Below the pieces are notes generated by a model that ran no database searches, was not told where the DNA came from, and worked only from the letters and a program-made list of their open reading frames with translations. A stretch of DNA of 64,000 bases from positions 1 to 64,000 of the IMG/VR virus record IMGVR_UViG_2974592265_000001; one strand, given 5' to 3'. Below, piece by piece: positions 38,139 to 46,594 of the stretch. Positions within the stretch are counted from its first letter, which is position 1, and every line of letters begins with the position of its first letter. This DNA comes from a virus. Lineage: Duplodnaviria; Caudoviricetes. A program made the position numbers and the translations under genes.

Positions 38139-38566
38139 ACGTCCTTTCCTTTTTCAGTGGTGAAGAAGTCTTTGTGAATGGCGGGCCACATCTTGCGGAA
38201 CGCCTCAATCCGCCGGGCCATGAGTGATTCGTTGTGCTTGGCATCCCGCAGCTGCTTACGCAGATCACTGGTGTCGAGGAGGGCTCCCCGCATCCGCTGG
38301 TTTTCAGTTAGCAAGCGGGTGTTGTCAGCAAGGATCTGCTCGATGTCCACAGGCGGTGGGTTACGGTGCGGAGGCGCTTGGGGCGCCGGTGGCCGTGTCC
38401 AGTTTGGGTTTGGTGCAGGGTTCTGGTTGGCTGCGAGACCGAGACGACGTCGGCATTCCGCCAACGTCTCGTTCTCACGCTGCCAAGGCGGACCATCAGC
38501 AGGCATTCCCAGCAGCCTGTTGATGATCCGGCCTACCAGCCCCGCCTTAGTCGGCGATGTTGTCAC
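38135..38566 (-). CDS. Hypothetical Pro-rich/coiled-coil protein
   Basis: 143 aa, coupled between polymerase and exonuclease. Confidence 0.5.
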   Translation of the reverse strand: MTTSPTKAGLVGRIINRLLGMPADGPPWQRENETLAECRRRLGLAANQNPAPNPNWTRPPAPQAPPHRNPPPVDIEQILADNTRLLTENQRMRGALLDTSDLRKQLRDAKHNESLMARRIEAFRKMWPAIHKDFFTTEKGKDV

Positions 38567-41500
38567 TCACTACCTCCTCGTCTTCATCCAGTTCAACGTA
38601 GGTTGGCTTACGGATCGGATCGAACGGCTCCAGCAGATCCTTCTCCCAGATGTTGATCCCTTCAGTAAGGGCGCGATCCACGAAGGCAGCGACGTTCTCC
38701 TGGCTGATGTTGCGGCCGAGTTCGTGCACTTTACCCCAGTCGCAGCCGATGGAAAACTCCGGTACTTGGCGGACTTTGTGGCCAGGTGGGGTGGATTCTT
38801 CCATGTAGCGGCCGACTTCTTGGCAGTAGTCGTAGACATCGTCCTTGTGGACCCAGGACACCACTTCGTCGTAGATCGGAGCAAAGAAGACCATGCGCAG
38901 CCGGTCCATGATCCCGCTCTCGGCGATTCGGGTCAGCACGATGCGCAGCATCTGCGCGGCTGAGCCCTGAATCGTGGCGTTGGTGCCCTGGCGGTGCTGA
39001 CGGGCTACCCGACCGCTGTCGTTGCTGAACAGATCCGGAGTGGCGTGACGCTTGGTGCCGAAGGCCGTCAGCGTGAAACCGTTCTGGGTCATGAACTGCG
39101 CCGTCTCGGCTTGCCATGGACGAATGCGGGTGTACAGGTCGAAGGTGCCGTCCAGCAACTTCTTGGCTTCCTCGACCGGGACGATCAGGTTGCGCGACAA
39201 GGTGCCGGCACCGGCGCCGTATGCCATACCGAAGTTTACGGTCTTGGCCTTGCCCCGGATGGCCACGGTGATCTTGTTCAGCTTGTGGTTCTCGTCGTCC
39301 TTCGCTTCGATGAAGTCCTCGTAGGTCATCTTGGCGATGCCGGAACCGGTCATGCTGTGCAAGTCTTTTTCGTTGGCCGGGTCGTACACCGACATCATCA
39401 CCGGGTCGTTAGCGAGGTTCGCCATCAGGCGGATCTCTTGACCGTTGAAGTCGATGGCCACGCAGACGTGATCCGGGGTCGGCGGGATGTAGATCGACCG
39501 CATCACCTTGCCTTCGCCACGCTTGGCCACCTGCAGGATGTTCGGCGCGCTGCCGGTAGGCCTGGTGGTGTCGGTGCCAGCGTCGGTGATGGAAGGGTGA
39601 ACCTTGCCATCGCGGTGACGCCACATCGGGTACTTATCGTGGTACAGGCTGCACCTGGTGTTGGCGGACTTCACTCGGCGCAGGATAACCAGCGCGTCAC
39701 GCTGCCAGCATTCCTGCAGCACGTCGTTCGCCAGCGCCGTCAGGATGGCCTGCTCGTCAGTCGACGGGCCTGCTTCCTGAATGCCGACCGCCAGGCGGCC
39801 CTTGCCGATGTTCTTGCCGCGCAGCTTGACCGGGATGCCGATCTTGCAATACAACAGTTGCTGCATCTGCACAGGGCTGCCCACGTTCAGCGGATCGCCG
39901 AAGGTGACGATACGCGGCTCGACCTTGGCCAGCTTCTGCACCAGGGCGCCCAACTCGTCAAACGCCTTCTCGGCGACGAACAGCTTGTGGGTGCAGGTGT
40001 CTTCAGCTGACTCCGACTCGTCTGCCGCGCGGCGCAGGTCGCCCATCTTCAGGCAGCCCGCTGCAACGGCCGTGGCGATCGCCTTGATCAGCTCACGCTG
40101 ATCGTCGGTGACCTTCCACTCGTCTTCGAAGCCAGCCACGCCGACCTCGTAGTACCACTCGGTGATCGCCTTCTGCGTCAACTTCTCCAGCGGTGGCAGG
40201 TCGAGGTTGAGCAGGGCTGGCGCCAACTGGTTCGCTGTGAAGGCGAAGTCCGGCATCACCGACTCCTCGCGGAACGGCGTGTACTGGCAGGCTGCTTCCA
40301 GCTTCTTGCGCCACTCAGCGACCTTCGAGTTGGCGACGTCGACGTTGCCTTCAGCCTTCTTCTTGGCACCGCGGAAGATGTAATCCTTCTCGGCGTCAAT
40401 CAGCGACTTGCAGCCTGGCGTGATGTTGCCGGTGACGTTCTTCTCCAGAATGGCACGCAGTTCCAGCATACCCTCCTCGATGGTCTTCAGGTCCTGAGCG
40501 TGGATGCGTTTCTGGCACGCCCAGTTCATGTCGACACCGGCCACGTAGGAGCGCTGTAGCACCTCGGTCGGCCGTACTGCCCAGCGCCGGTAGAAGTCCC
40601 ACTGCCCGTCCAGCTTCAGCAGCAGCTCCAGCAAGTCGTGCAGGTGGCCGGTCACCAGGCTGTCGTCGGTGCCGTAGGTGAAGACTTCGTCAGCGGTCAG
40701 CTCACACATCATGCTGACGCCTTCACCGCCGTTACCGGCCGCCAGGGTGTCTTGGAACGAGGTCTGCTCGTAGCCCAGGTAATTCAGCGACAACGCCTTC
40801 AGGCCGGCTTCCATGTTCTCGTCGTAGAAGCGCTGCATGATCCGGGTGTCTTCGATTTCCTTGAGCCAGACACCGAGGTTGGTCTGGGTCACGACGCCTT
40901 CGAACAGGGCGTTGTGAGCGATCCGCCGGGTGTATTTCCCAGCGAATTCAAGGATCTCAAGGATCACGTCCTTATTGACGTTATTCGAGTCACGGTGGTC
41001 GACCGGGATGTAGATCACGTTCTCCAAGTGGCGACCGAACTGGAACGAGGCACCGGCCAGTTCCTGGCTTAGCATGTCGACGAAATTGCTGCCCGAAGTC
41101 GAGGCAATGCGGAAGTCACGAATCGGGTTCTTGTCGGAGGATTCATAGTCGAACGCGGTTTTGTCGCCCGCCTTGATCTCTTCGAAGATCTGCTCCTTGA
41201 GCTTGTCCCAGTTGGTCGAGTCAACGATCATCGGCACCGGCATCAGGTGACTGTACTCCGCCTCCCACATGTCCTCGCAACCGATCTCCTTCAGGCAGTT
41301 GTACAGCGCCGTCGGGTCCGGTACACGCTTGTGGATCTTCGGCTTGGTCAGCTTCTTCAGCCGGGGTTTCCAGCACAGCTCCGGCTTCAGGTTGGCCAGC
41401 TTCCAGCCCATCCGCCAGTCACCGAAGTTCTCGCGCAGCTTGATCAGGATCTTGTCGCCGGACTCCGCAATGGTCTCATCGAGGAGGTCGGTGTTGCCCT

Positions 41501-42212
41501 TGGCGACGATCTCAGCCAGTTCGTCCAGGCCGTCGGCGCCGTAGGCCTCCAGCAGCTTGAGGATCTTCGCCGGACCCATCCCCTTGACGCCGGGGTAGTT
41601 GTCCGAGGTGTCGCCCATGATCGACTTGGCGAAGCTGGTCAGCCGGTAGGGCAGGCCAGCCAGCTCCATCCCTTCCGGGTAGACGCCGTCTTCGCCGTTC
41701 AAGCCGGCGTGGTGGGCGACGTTCTTCAGGGTGACGATGGTGTCCTGGTTGACCAGTACCAGCAAGTCGGCATCGACCGTGCTGACATCCTTCGGGCCGG
41801 GGACTGTGTTGCAGATCCAGCCGATGAGGTCATCCGCCTCGACGTTCTCCACAAACATCTGGGTGGCACCGAGGGCTGCGAAGAACTTGCGTGCCCACAC
41901 CGACAGCTCTTTGTACTGAGCAATTTCTATCGGGCTTTTGTTTTTGTCCTCCTTGGCTGCCTGGCCTTTGTAGGCCGGGTAGATACCGAGGCGGTAGGCT
42001 TTGCCGGCGTCGTGTGCCACCAGCATTTCACGCGGGGAACCGCCCTTCTCAAGGATAGGGCGGATGTAGCGGGTCAGAAAGTCCGCCGCGCCGGCTTGCC
42101 AATCTGCAAACCGGCGATCGAGTTTCGTGCAGTGCAACGTTTTATCAGACACGCCGTAATAGGCGTGTTTGATACAAGCACGGAAGTCGATGATCTGAAG
42201 TGGATTCGTCAT
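38547..42212 (-). CDS. polA: Family A DNA polymerase with 5'-3' (FEN-like) and 3'-5' exonuclease domains
   Basis: VEADDLIG, VDADLL, GDTSDNYPGVKGMG (FEN/H3TH); FDYES, HNALFE, YGTDD (Exo I-III); IDFNGQEIR, AKTVNFGMAYG, IYDEVV (motifs A/B/C). Confidence 0.95.
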   Translation of the reverse strand: MTNPLQIIDFRACIKHAYYGVSDKTLHCTKLDRRFADWQAGAADFLTRYIRPILEKGGSPREMLVAHDAGKAYRLGIYPAYKGQAAKEDKNKSPIEIAQYKELSVWARKFFAALGATQMFVENVEADDLIGWICNTVPGPKDVSTVDADLLVLVNQDTIVTLKNVAHHAGLNGEDGVYPEGMELAGLPYRLTSFAKSIMGDTSDNYPGVKGMGPAKILKLLEAYGADGLDELAEIVAKGNTDLLDETIAESGDKILIKLRENFGDWRMGWKLANLKPELCWKPRLKKLTKPKIHKRVPDPTALYNCLKEIGCEDMWEAEYSHLMPVPMIVDSTNWDKLKEQIFEEIKAGDKTAFDYESSDKNPIRDFRIASTSGSNFVDMLSQELAGASFQFGRHLENVIYIPVDHRDSNNVNKDVILEILEFAGKYTRRIAHNALFEGVVTQTNLGVWLKEIEDTRIMQRFYDENMEAGLKALSLNYLGYEQTSFQDTLAAGNGGEGVSMMCELTADEVFTYGTDDSLVTGHLHDLLELLLKLDGQWDFYRRWAVRPTEVLQRSYVAGVDMNWACQKRIHAQDLKTIEEGMLELRAILEKNVTGNITPGCKSLIDAEKDYIFRGAKKKAEGNVDVANSKVAEWRKKLEAACQYTPFREESVMPDFAFTANQLAPALLNLDLPPLEKLTQKAITEWYYEVGVAGFEDEWKVTDDQRELIKAIATAVAAGCLKMGDLRRAADESESAEDTCTHKLFVAEKAFDELGALVQKLAKVEPRIVTFGDPLNVGSPVQMQQLLYCKIGIPVKLRGKNIGKGRLAVGIQEAGPSTDEQAILTALANDVLQECWQRDALVILRRVKSANTRCSLYHDKYPMWRHRDGKVHPSITDAGTDTTRPTGSAPNILQVAKRGEGKVMRSIYIPPTPDHVCVAIDFNGQEIRLMANLANDPVMMSVYDPANEKDLHSMTGSGIAKMTYEDFIEAKDDENHKLNKITVAIRGKAKTVNFGMAYGAGAGTLSRNLIVPVEEAKKLLDGTFDLYTRIRPWQAETAQFMTQNGFTLTAFGTKRHATPDLFSNDSGRVARQHRQGTNATIQGSAAQMLRIVLTRIAESGIMDRLRMVFFAPIYDEVVSWVHKDDVYDYCQEVGRYMEESTPPGHKVRQVPEFSIGCDWGKVHELGRNISQENVAAFVDRALTEGINIWEKDLLEPFDPIRKPTYVELDEDEEVVSDNIAD

Positions 42213-42235
42213 TGATACTCCCTGTTTGATTCAGA

Positions 42236-42514
42236 TCAAACCAGCAAGGCGTGGACCGCGTAAGTCCCACCGTTGAGCAGGACTGTGCCGATGAAGCTGC
42301 CCAGGTGCTCGATGTCCAGCTCCTCGCCGGTCACAGTGAGGTAGACGTTGGCGGTCCAGGTCGGTTTGTCCATGTCAGCCATCGTCCACAGCTGCACCAC
42401 GCCTGACACTTGGTCAGGCTGGAAGTGCACAGACGCGCCGCCCAGGCCACCAGGAATTTCCAGCACGTTCATGCCCAACTCCAATGGAAACTTCAATACC
42501 TTTTTCATGCCCAT
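42236..42514 (-). CDS. Conserved hypothetical phage protein
   Basis: 92 aa; QLW...TG...FIGT...VH pattern common in phage small proteins. Confidence 0.6.
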   Translation of the reverse strand: MGMKKVLKFPLELGMNVLEIPGGLGGASVHFQPDQVSGVVQLWTMADMDKPTWTANVYLTVTGEELDIEHLGSFIGTVLLNGGTYAVHALLV

Positions 42515-43092
42515 ACCTCCGGATATTTAGAGAAAACCACCTGCAGACATTCTGCCTGATAGATGGCGTCAGCGAGTGCATCGTGTAGAACAGTGCTGCG
42601 ATGTGGCATAACCAGCCCACGGCCTTCAGCGAAGTCGACCAGGGTGCGCTGATCACGCACCTTGCGGAACTCGTAAGGGATGGCCACGCCCTCACGTTTG
42701 AACGCCTCTTCCAGCCAGACGCTGTCACGGTCACCGCGGATGTAGATCTCGCCGGTGAAGTTTGATTTGCTGCCCACCATTGGCAGGTCGGCCTGCAGCC
42801 ACTGCCTGAAGCTGCGCAGGGCGTTGCCCAGGCTCAGCCCGTCCTTGCCTTCGAGGATCGCCTGCTGCGCTTCCTTGGTCTGTTCCAGCCACCAGTAGAA
42901 GGTCGAAGGGTCGATCGGCGTCTGCTTTTCCAGGTTGACGGCGACGTAGAACTCATTCGCGGAGCCAGGCAGCGCGGTGCCGTCTTTGGAGAAGCGCACG
43001 GCGCCGATCGCTGCGATCGGCGCTTGCGTCCCCAGGCCGGCGGTTTCCAGATCAATGGAGACCGGGTATTCAGCGAGGGATTCGTAGTACAT
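42505..43092 (-). CDS. DEDD 3'-5' exonuclease (Rv2179c-like exoribonuclease family)
   Basis: SIDLETAG, RDQRT, HDALADAIYQA. Confidence 0.8.
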   Translation of the reverse strand: MYYESLAEYPVSIDLETAGLGTQAPIAAIGAVRFSKDGTALPGSANEFYVAVNLEKQTPIDPSTFYWWLEQTKEAQQAILEGKDGLSLGNALRSFRQWLQADLPMVGSKSNFTGEIYIRGDRDSVWLEEAFKREGVAIPYEFRKVRDQRTLVDFAEGRGLVMPHRSTVLHDALADAIYQAECLQVVFSKYPEVWA

Positions 43093-43094
43093 GG

Positions 43095-43790
43095 TCAGCC
43101 CTTTGAGAATGCAGCCCAGGACACTGGGAAGAGGGGTTCAATGATTGCGTCCCACTGATGACCCAGCAGTTGGATCTCATACTGGGCATGCGCGTCTACC
43201 CGCTGCTTGGTGGCTCGAGCCCAGGCATACAGGCTGCCGGTCACGTAGTAGCTGGTCAGCATGGACTGAGGCAGTACCATACGGGCCTGCTCCGGTGCCA
43301 CACCGTCGGCGACCATCTCGCTGTACAGCTGCTCAGCTTTTGCGATGAAGACCCCGTAACGATCCGACCAGAACTGCGTCTTGGGATGCGTGCCGCCGCT
43401 GCCCTGCTTTATGCTCTTGTCCGGCCGGCTGCGCCACATCTCTGGCACGTAGAACTCAGGGGTGTCGTCCACGTACCGGCGAGACACCTCGTTGTAGGTG
43501 AACCCAACCATGTGCTTGAAGCGTTGTCGGGCCACGAAGATCGGCACCGTCTCGCGTAGCTGAATGATCGGGTGGGATGCCGGTGTCCAGTGTCCGTGGC
43601 TGGCCAGGTATTTGATCAGCTTGACGTCCTCCTCTCGGAGGTACTTACCGGTGGGCTGCACTACGTTGCCTGGTAGCAGCTCTACGTTACCGTCTGCGTC
43701 TGCAAATTCGCTGGTTTTATCAAACGACACGCGGGCAGCGTTGACTACCGTGAGGTCACTGCCCATGTGATCAATTAATTCAGCCTTCAT
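43095..43790 (-). CDS. thyX: FAD-dependent thymidylate synthase
   Basis: SDLTVVNAARVSF, GHWTP, VARQRFKH...NEVSRRY, PEQARMVLPQS, HAQYEI. Confidence 0.95.
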   Translation of the reverse strand: MKAELIDHMGSDLTVVNAARVSFDKTSEFADADGNVELLPGNVVQPTGKYLREEDVKLIKYLASHGHWTPASHPIIQLRETVPIFVARQRFKHMVGFTYNEVSRRYVDDTPEFYVPEMWRSRPDKSIKQGSGGTHPKTQFWSDRYGVFIAKAEQLYSEMVADGVAPEQARMVLPQSMLTSYYVTGSLYAWARATKQRVDAHAQYEIQLLGHQWDAIIEPLFPVSWAAFSKG

Positions 43791-44107
43791 TTCTTTGCTC
43801 CCTTGGTCTTGACCAGTACCGCACGCTTGCCGTTCATGTTGACGCTGCCGTCATCGTTCCAGATCGGAATCCCGCCGACGGCGACCATGGCTGCGTTCAT
43901 CTCCTCTCGACTCAGTCGGCGCCCAGGCTGATCTGAGCGGTCATTGCAGCAGAGGATCAGCGTGTCGTGCGGGCCGTTGTTGCTGGGCCAGCGGATGCCG
44001 TTGATCTCGCCGTCGTCGTAAGCCTGCTGACACTTGAAGTGCGCCTTCAGCGCCTCCTTGAAGTGAGTCTTGCCGGTCGCTGCCGGCGCTGCAAAAACAA
44101 TGTTCAT
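43787..44107 (-). CDS. Small P-loop-containing hypothetical protein
   Basis: 106 aa, N-terminal IVFAAPAATGKT. Confidence 0.55.
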   Translation of the reverse strand: MNIVFAAPAATGKTHFKEALKAHFKCQQAYDDGEINGIRWPSNNGPHDTLILCCNDRSDQPGRRLSREEMNAAMVAVGGIPIWNDDGSVNMNGKRAVLVKTKGAKK

Positions 44108-44119
44108 GTCCTGCCCCTA

Positions 44120-44147
44120 ATGAAAGCTCCCGCCGTGAGGCGGGAGC
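44120..44147 (-). terminator. Rho-independent terminator
   Basis: GCTCCCGCC-TCAC-GGCGGGAGC then TTTCATT on - strand. Confidence 0.7.
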
Positions 44148-44154
44148 AAGGTGG

Positions 44155-44370
44155 TTACTGTTCCGTGCGCAGTTCGGCTTTCGGAGTCCAGCCCGTGTCC
44201 TTCTTCACCATGCAGCCCACGCCCATGGCGTACTTCACGGTGCGGTCGGTCTGGTAGCCGTACCACTGGCACTGGCCGTAGTTGATCGCTGCGTTGATCG
44301 CCAGGCCTACGACTACAACGGCTGCTACGCCGACGGCGGTGCCCACGGCTGCCACTGTGGAGGCCTTCAT
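44155..44370 (-). CDS. Small membrane-anchored protein
   Basis: 71 aa, N-terminal TM, two Cys; ATGA-coupled to terB-like gene. Confidence 0.6.
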   Translation of the reverse strand: MKASTVAAVGTAVGVAAVVVVGLAINAAINYGQCQWYGYQTDRTVKYAMGVGCMVKKDTGWTPKAELRTEQ

Positions 44371-44807
44371 TCTTCGATACCGAAGGTCGACAGGCGTACG
44401 TTCATCCAGCCAGCTACTTCCTTCAGGATGACCAGCTCAGCCGGCTCGATCTCGCCGTCAGCGCGCGCCGTGGCTACCATGTTGCCGATGACTTCTTCGG
44501 CGTCTGACGAGTTGTTGGCCACGTCCAGCAGCTCACGCTTGATGTACATCTTGCCGAGGTAGAAGTCGGCCTTCAGCTGCTCGGAGAAGCGTTGGATCGC
44601 CGCGTTGATTTCCTGGCCGAAGTGGGTCAGCGCCGGGTTGGAGCGGACCAGGGCGTCGAGCTTCTTCAGCTCGCTGTCTTCAATGACGCCGTCGGAGGCG
44701 GCCATCAGCAGGTTGCCGCCGACGATGGCTTCCATCAGGTCTTTGTTTTCGACCTTCTTCATTGCCACGCTGCCTTTGCCAAACATTTTTCCAAGAGTCT
44801 TGAACAT
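44367..44807 (-). CDS. terB: TerB-family (tellurite resistance-like) protein
   Basis: Duplicated AASDGVIEDSE / ARADGEIEPAE metal motifs, NKDLMEAIV N-terminus. Confidence 0.85.
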   Translation of the reverse strand: MFKTLGKMFGKGSVAMKKVENKDLMEAIVGGNLLMAASDGVIEDSELKKLDALVRSNPALTHFGQEINAAIQRFSEQLKADFYLGKMYIKRELLDVANNSSDAEEVIGNMVATARADGEIEPAELVILKEVAGWMNVRLSTFGIEE

Positions 44808-44852
44808 GAGGTGATCCCTTATTGCTTGAGTGATTAACGGAAGTGCGGAGGG

Positions 44853-45473
44853 TTATTCGCCGGCCGGCTTGTCAGCGCGTTCCTGGGCAGCCTTGTCGCT
44901 GTAGCCGTGCTTGTAGCGCTTGCCCAACAGCTTGACCACGTTGGCGAACAACGCCTCGCCAGTGTGGGTCTGAATGCCGTTCAGCAGGCCGACGGTGTAG
45001 AAGGCTGCATCGCCAGCTTCTTCACGGACGTTGTGGCCGTCCAGAGGAGCGCCAAGTACGTGGGCCACGATCTGCTCGAGCATTTCAGCGGCTTCACCAG
45101 CCAGGCCGATTGCCATGTGCAGCAGGTGCAGTTTGTCGGCGTCCAGCGCGTCGAAAGCGGCGGCCAGGCCCTGGCTGCTCGGCAGCGTGGTGTAGACCAC
45201 TTCCGGCAGGGTGTTGATGTCCTTGTTGTAGATCACGGCCTTCTTCAGGCGGTCCAGCTCGTTGCCCTTGTCGATGATCTTGTTGGACAGCTGCAGCAGG
45301 TTCAGGAACCCAGAGAAGGACAGCGTGGCTTTGATGTCCGCGCCTGGCTTGGCCAGCTCGGCAACCATCACGTCGAACTCTTTATCCACCAGCATCTGGC
45401 GTTTTTCAGGGTCGATGTCGTTCAGCAGCGGGTGGTTAACGTCGATCAGCGTGGTAGCAGGAGACAGGTTCAT
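44853..45473 (-). CDS. mazG: MazG-like NTP pyrophosphohydrolase (second)
   Basis: LHMAIGLAGEAAE...EEAGDAAFY...NVVKLLGKRY..GYSDKAAQERADK. Confidence 0.8.
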   Translation of the reverse strand: MNLSPATTLIDVNHPLLNDIDPEKRQMLVDKEFDVMVAELAKPGADIKATLSFSGFLNLLQLSNKIIDKGNELDRLKKAVIYNKDINTLPEVVYTTLPSSQGLAAAFDALDADKLHLLHMAIGLAGEAAEMLEQIVAHVLGAPLDGHNVREEAGDAAFYTVGLLNGIQTHTGEALFANVVKLLGKRYKHGYSDKAAQERADKPAGE

Positions 45474-45499
45474 TGGTAGTCCTTGGGAAATTTTGGGAA

Positions 45500-45530
45500 T
45501 AAAAAGCCCGGCTGGTTTCCCGGCCGGGCT
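45500..45530 (-). terminator. Rho-independent terminator
   Basis: AGCCCGGCCGG-GAAA-CCAGCCGGGCT then TTTTA on - strand. Confidence 0.8.
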
Positions 45531-45547
45531 GAAGTCACATCACAGGC

Positions 45548-46477
45548 TTACAGACGGCCTACAGCGGAGAAGTTCCACGGACGGAATGCCTTCTCGCCGG
45601 AGCCTACTTTCTTGCCGACTTTGCACTGCAGGATCAGTTCGCCTGGGGCGCACAGGTGCTTACGCACGCCGACAGCGATGGCACCGGCCAGACGATCTTT
45701 CGACGCAGGCGGGATGGACAGCGAAACCATGTGCTCGTCGTACTCGTCTTCACGATTCTTGAGTTGCGCCATTGCTTCGATGTATTCCTTGATGTCCAGC
45801 GGCTCGTCAGGAGTGCCGTAACCTTCTTCCAGCCAGGTGTCACGGATTTCCTGAGCGCTGCTACCGTCGGACAGGGTCAGGCCCTGCTTGTCGTAGCTGT
45901 AGTACAGCTCAGCGCCGTCACCAGCGAACTGGCGGACGATGTAGATGTTGCGGGTGCTGAGGATGTTGACGTTGATGGTGTCGGTCAGGTTGACCTCTTC
46001 GCTGCCCAGCTGGAAGGTGCCTTCAGCCAGTTTGACGCGGTCGAACGACATGCCGGTGAGGTTCAGACCTTCGAAGCCTTGCTCGGCCATCTCTTGGGAG
46101 AACTTCTGTGCAGCGTTGGCTTGACGCTCGGTGTTGCTGACCTGTACCGCACCGCCTTCAGGTTTCACCGCCACTTGATTGGTGGCGCGCTCTTCCGGCT
46201 GTACTTCAGCGGCGGCGGCCGGTTTGGCTGCTGCTTCGGCGACAGGTTCTGCTTCGGCTGCAGGCTGCTCAGTGGCCGACGCTTCGGCAGCGGTCTGAAC
46301 GTCTTCGGCTTCCGCTTGTTGCTGGGTTTCAACCACCGGTTCTTCCTGAACCTGCGCCTGAGTCTCGACCGCGGCGGTCTCGACTTCTTTGACGGTTTCC
46401 TTGACTGCTTCAGCGGCGGTAGCGGCTGCAGTTTTGGTGGTGTCTTCGGTTGGTGCTGCTGCGCGTTTCAGAGCCAT
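45548..46477 (-). CDS. Putative single-stranded DNA-binding/recombination protein with long acidic low-complexity N-terminus
   Basis: 309 aa, highly biased codons, own promoter and terminator, located in replication module; function inferred from context only. Confidence 0.4.
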   Translation of the reverse strand: MALKRAAAPTEDTTKTAAATAAEAVKETVKEVETAAVETQAQVQEEPVVETQQQAEAEDVQTAAEASATEQPAAEAEPVAEAAAKPAAAAEVQPEERATNQVAVKPEGGAVQVSNTERQANAAQKFSQEMAEQGFEGLNLTGMSFDRVKLAEGTFQLGSEEVNLTDTINVNILSTRNIYIVRQFAGDGAELYYSYDKQGLTLSDGSSAQEIRDTWLEEGYGTPDEPLDIKEYIEAMAQLKNREDEYDEHMVSLSIPPASKDRLAGAIAVGVRKHLCAPGELILQCKVGKKVGSGEKAFRPWNFSAVGRL

Positions 46478-46564
46478 GATCAGTATCTCATTCAGTAGGA
46501 TTTTAGTTTCGGTTCATCGTCGTTTTCATCGGCAACTAGCGAGGAATCCGCTAGCGCAGGCTGA

Positions 46565-46594
46565 TTTATACAGAGCCTGCACACCCTCTGTCAA
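46565..46594 (-). promoter_or_regulatory. Sigma70-like promoter
   Basis: TTGACA-18 nt-TATAAA on - strand, overlapping helicase stop; CGCTAGCG and CAACTAGCG motifs just downstream. Confidence 0.65.

Noticed and set aside
38547-42212. DpoZ/2-aminoadenine genome hypothesis for the family A polymerase
   Set aside because: No purZ or datZ recognised in the window
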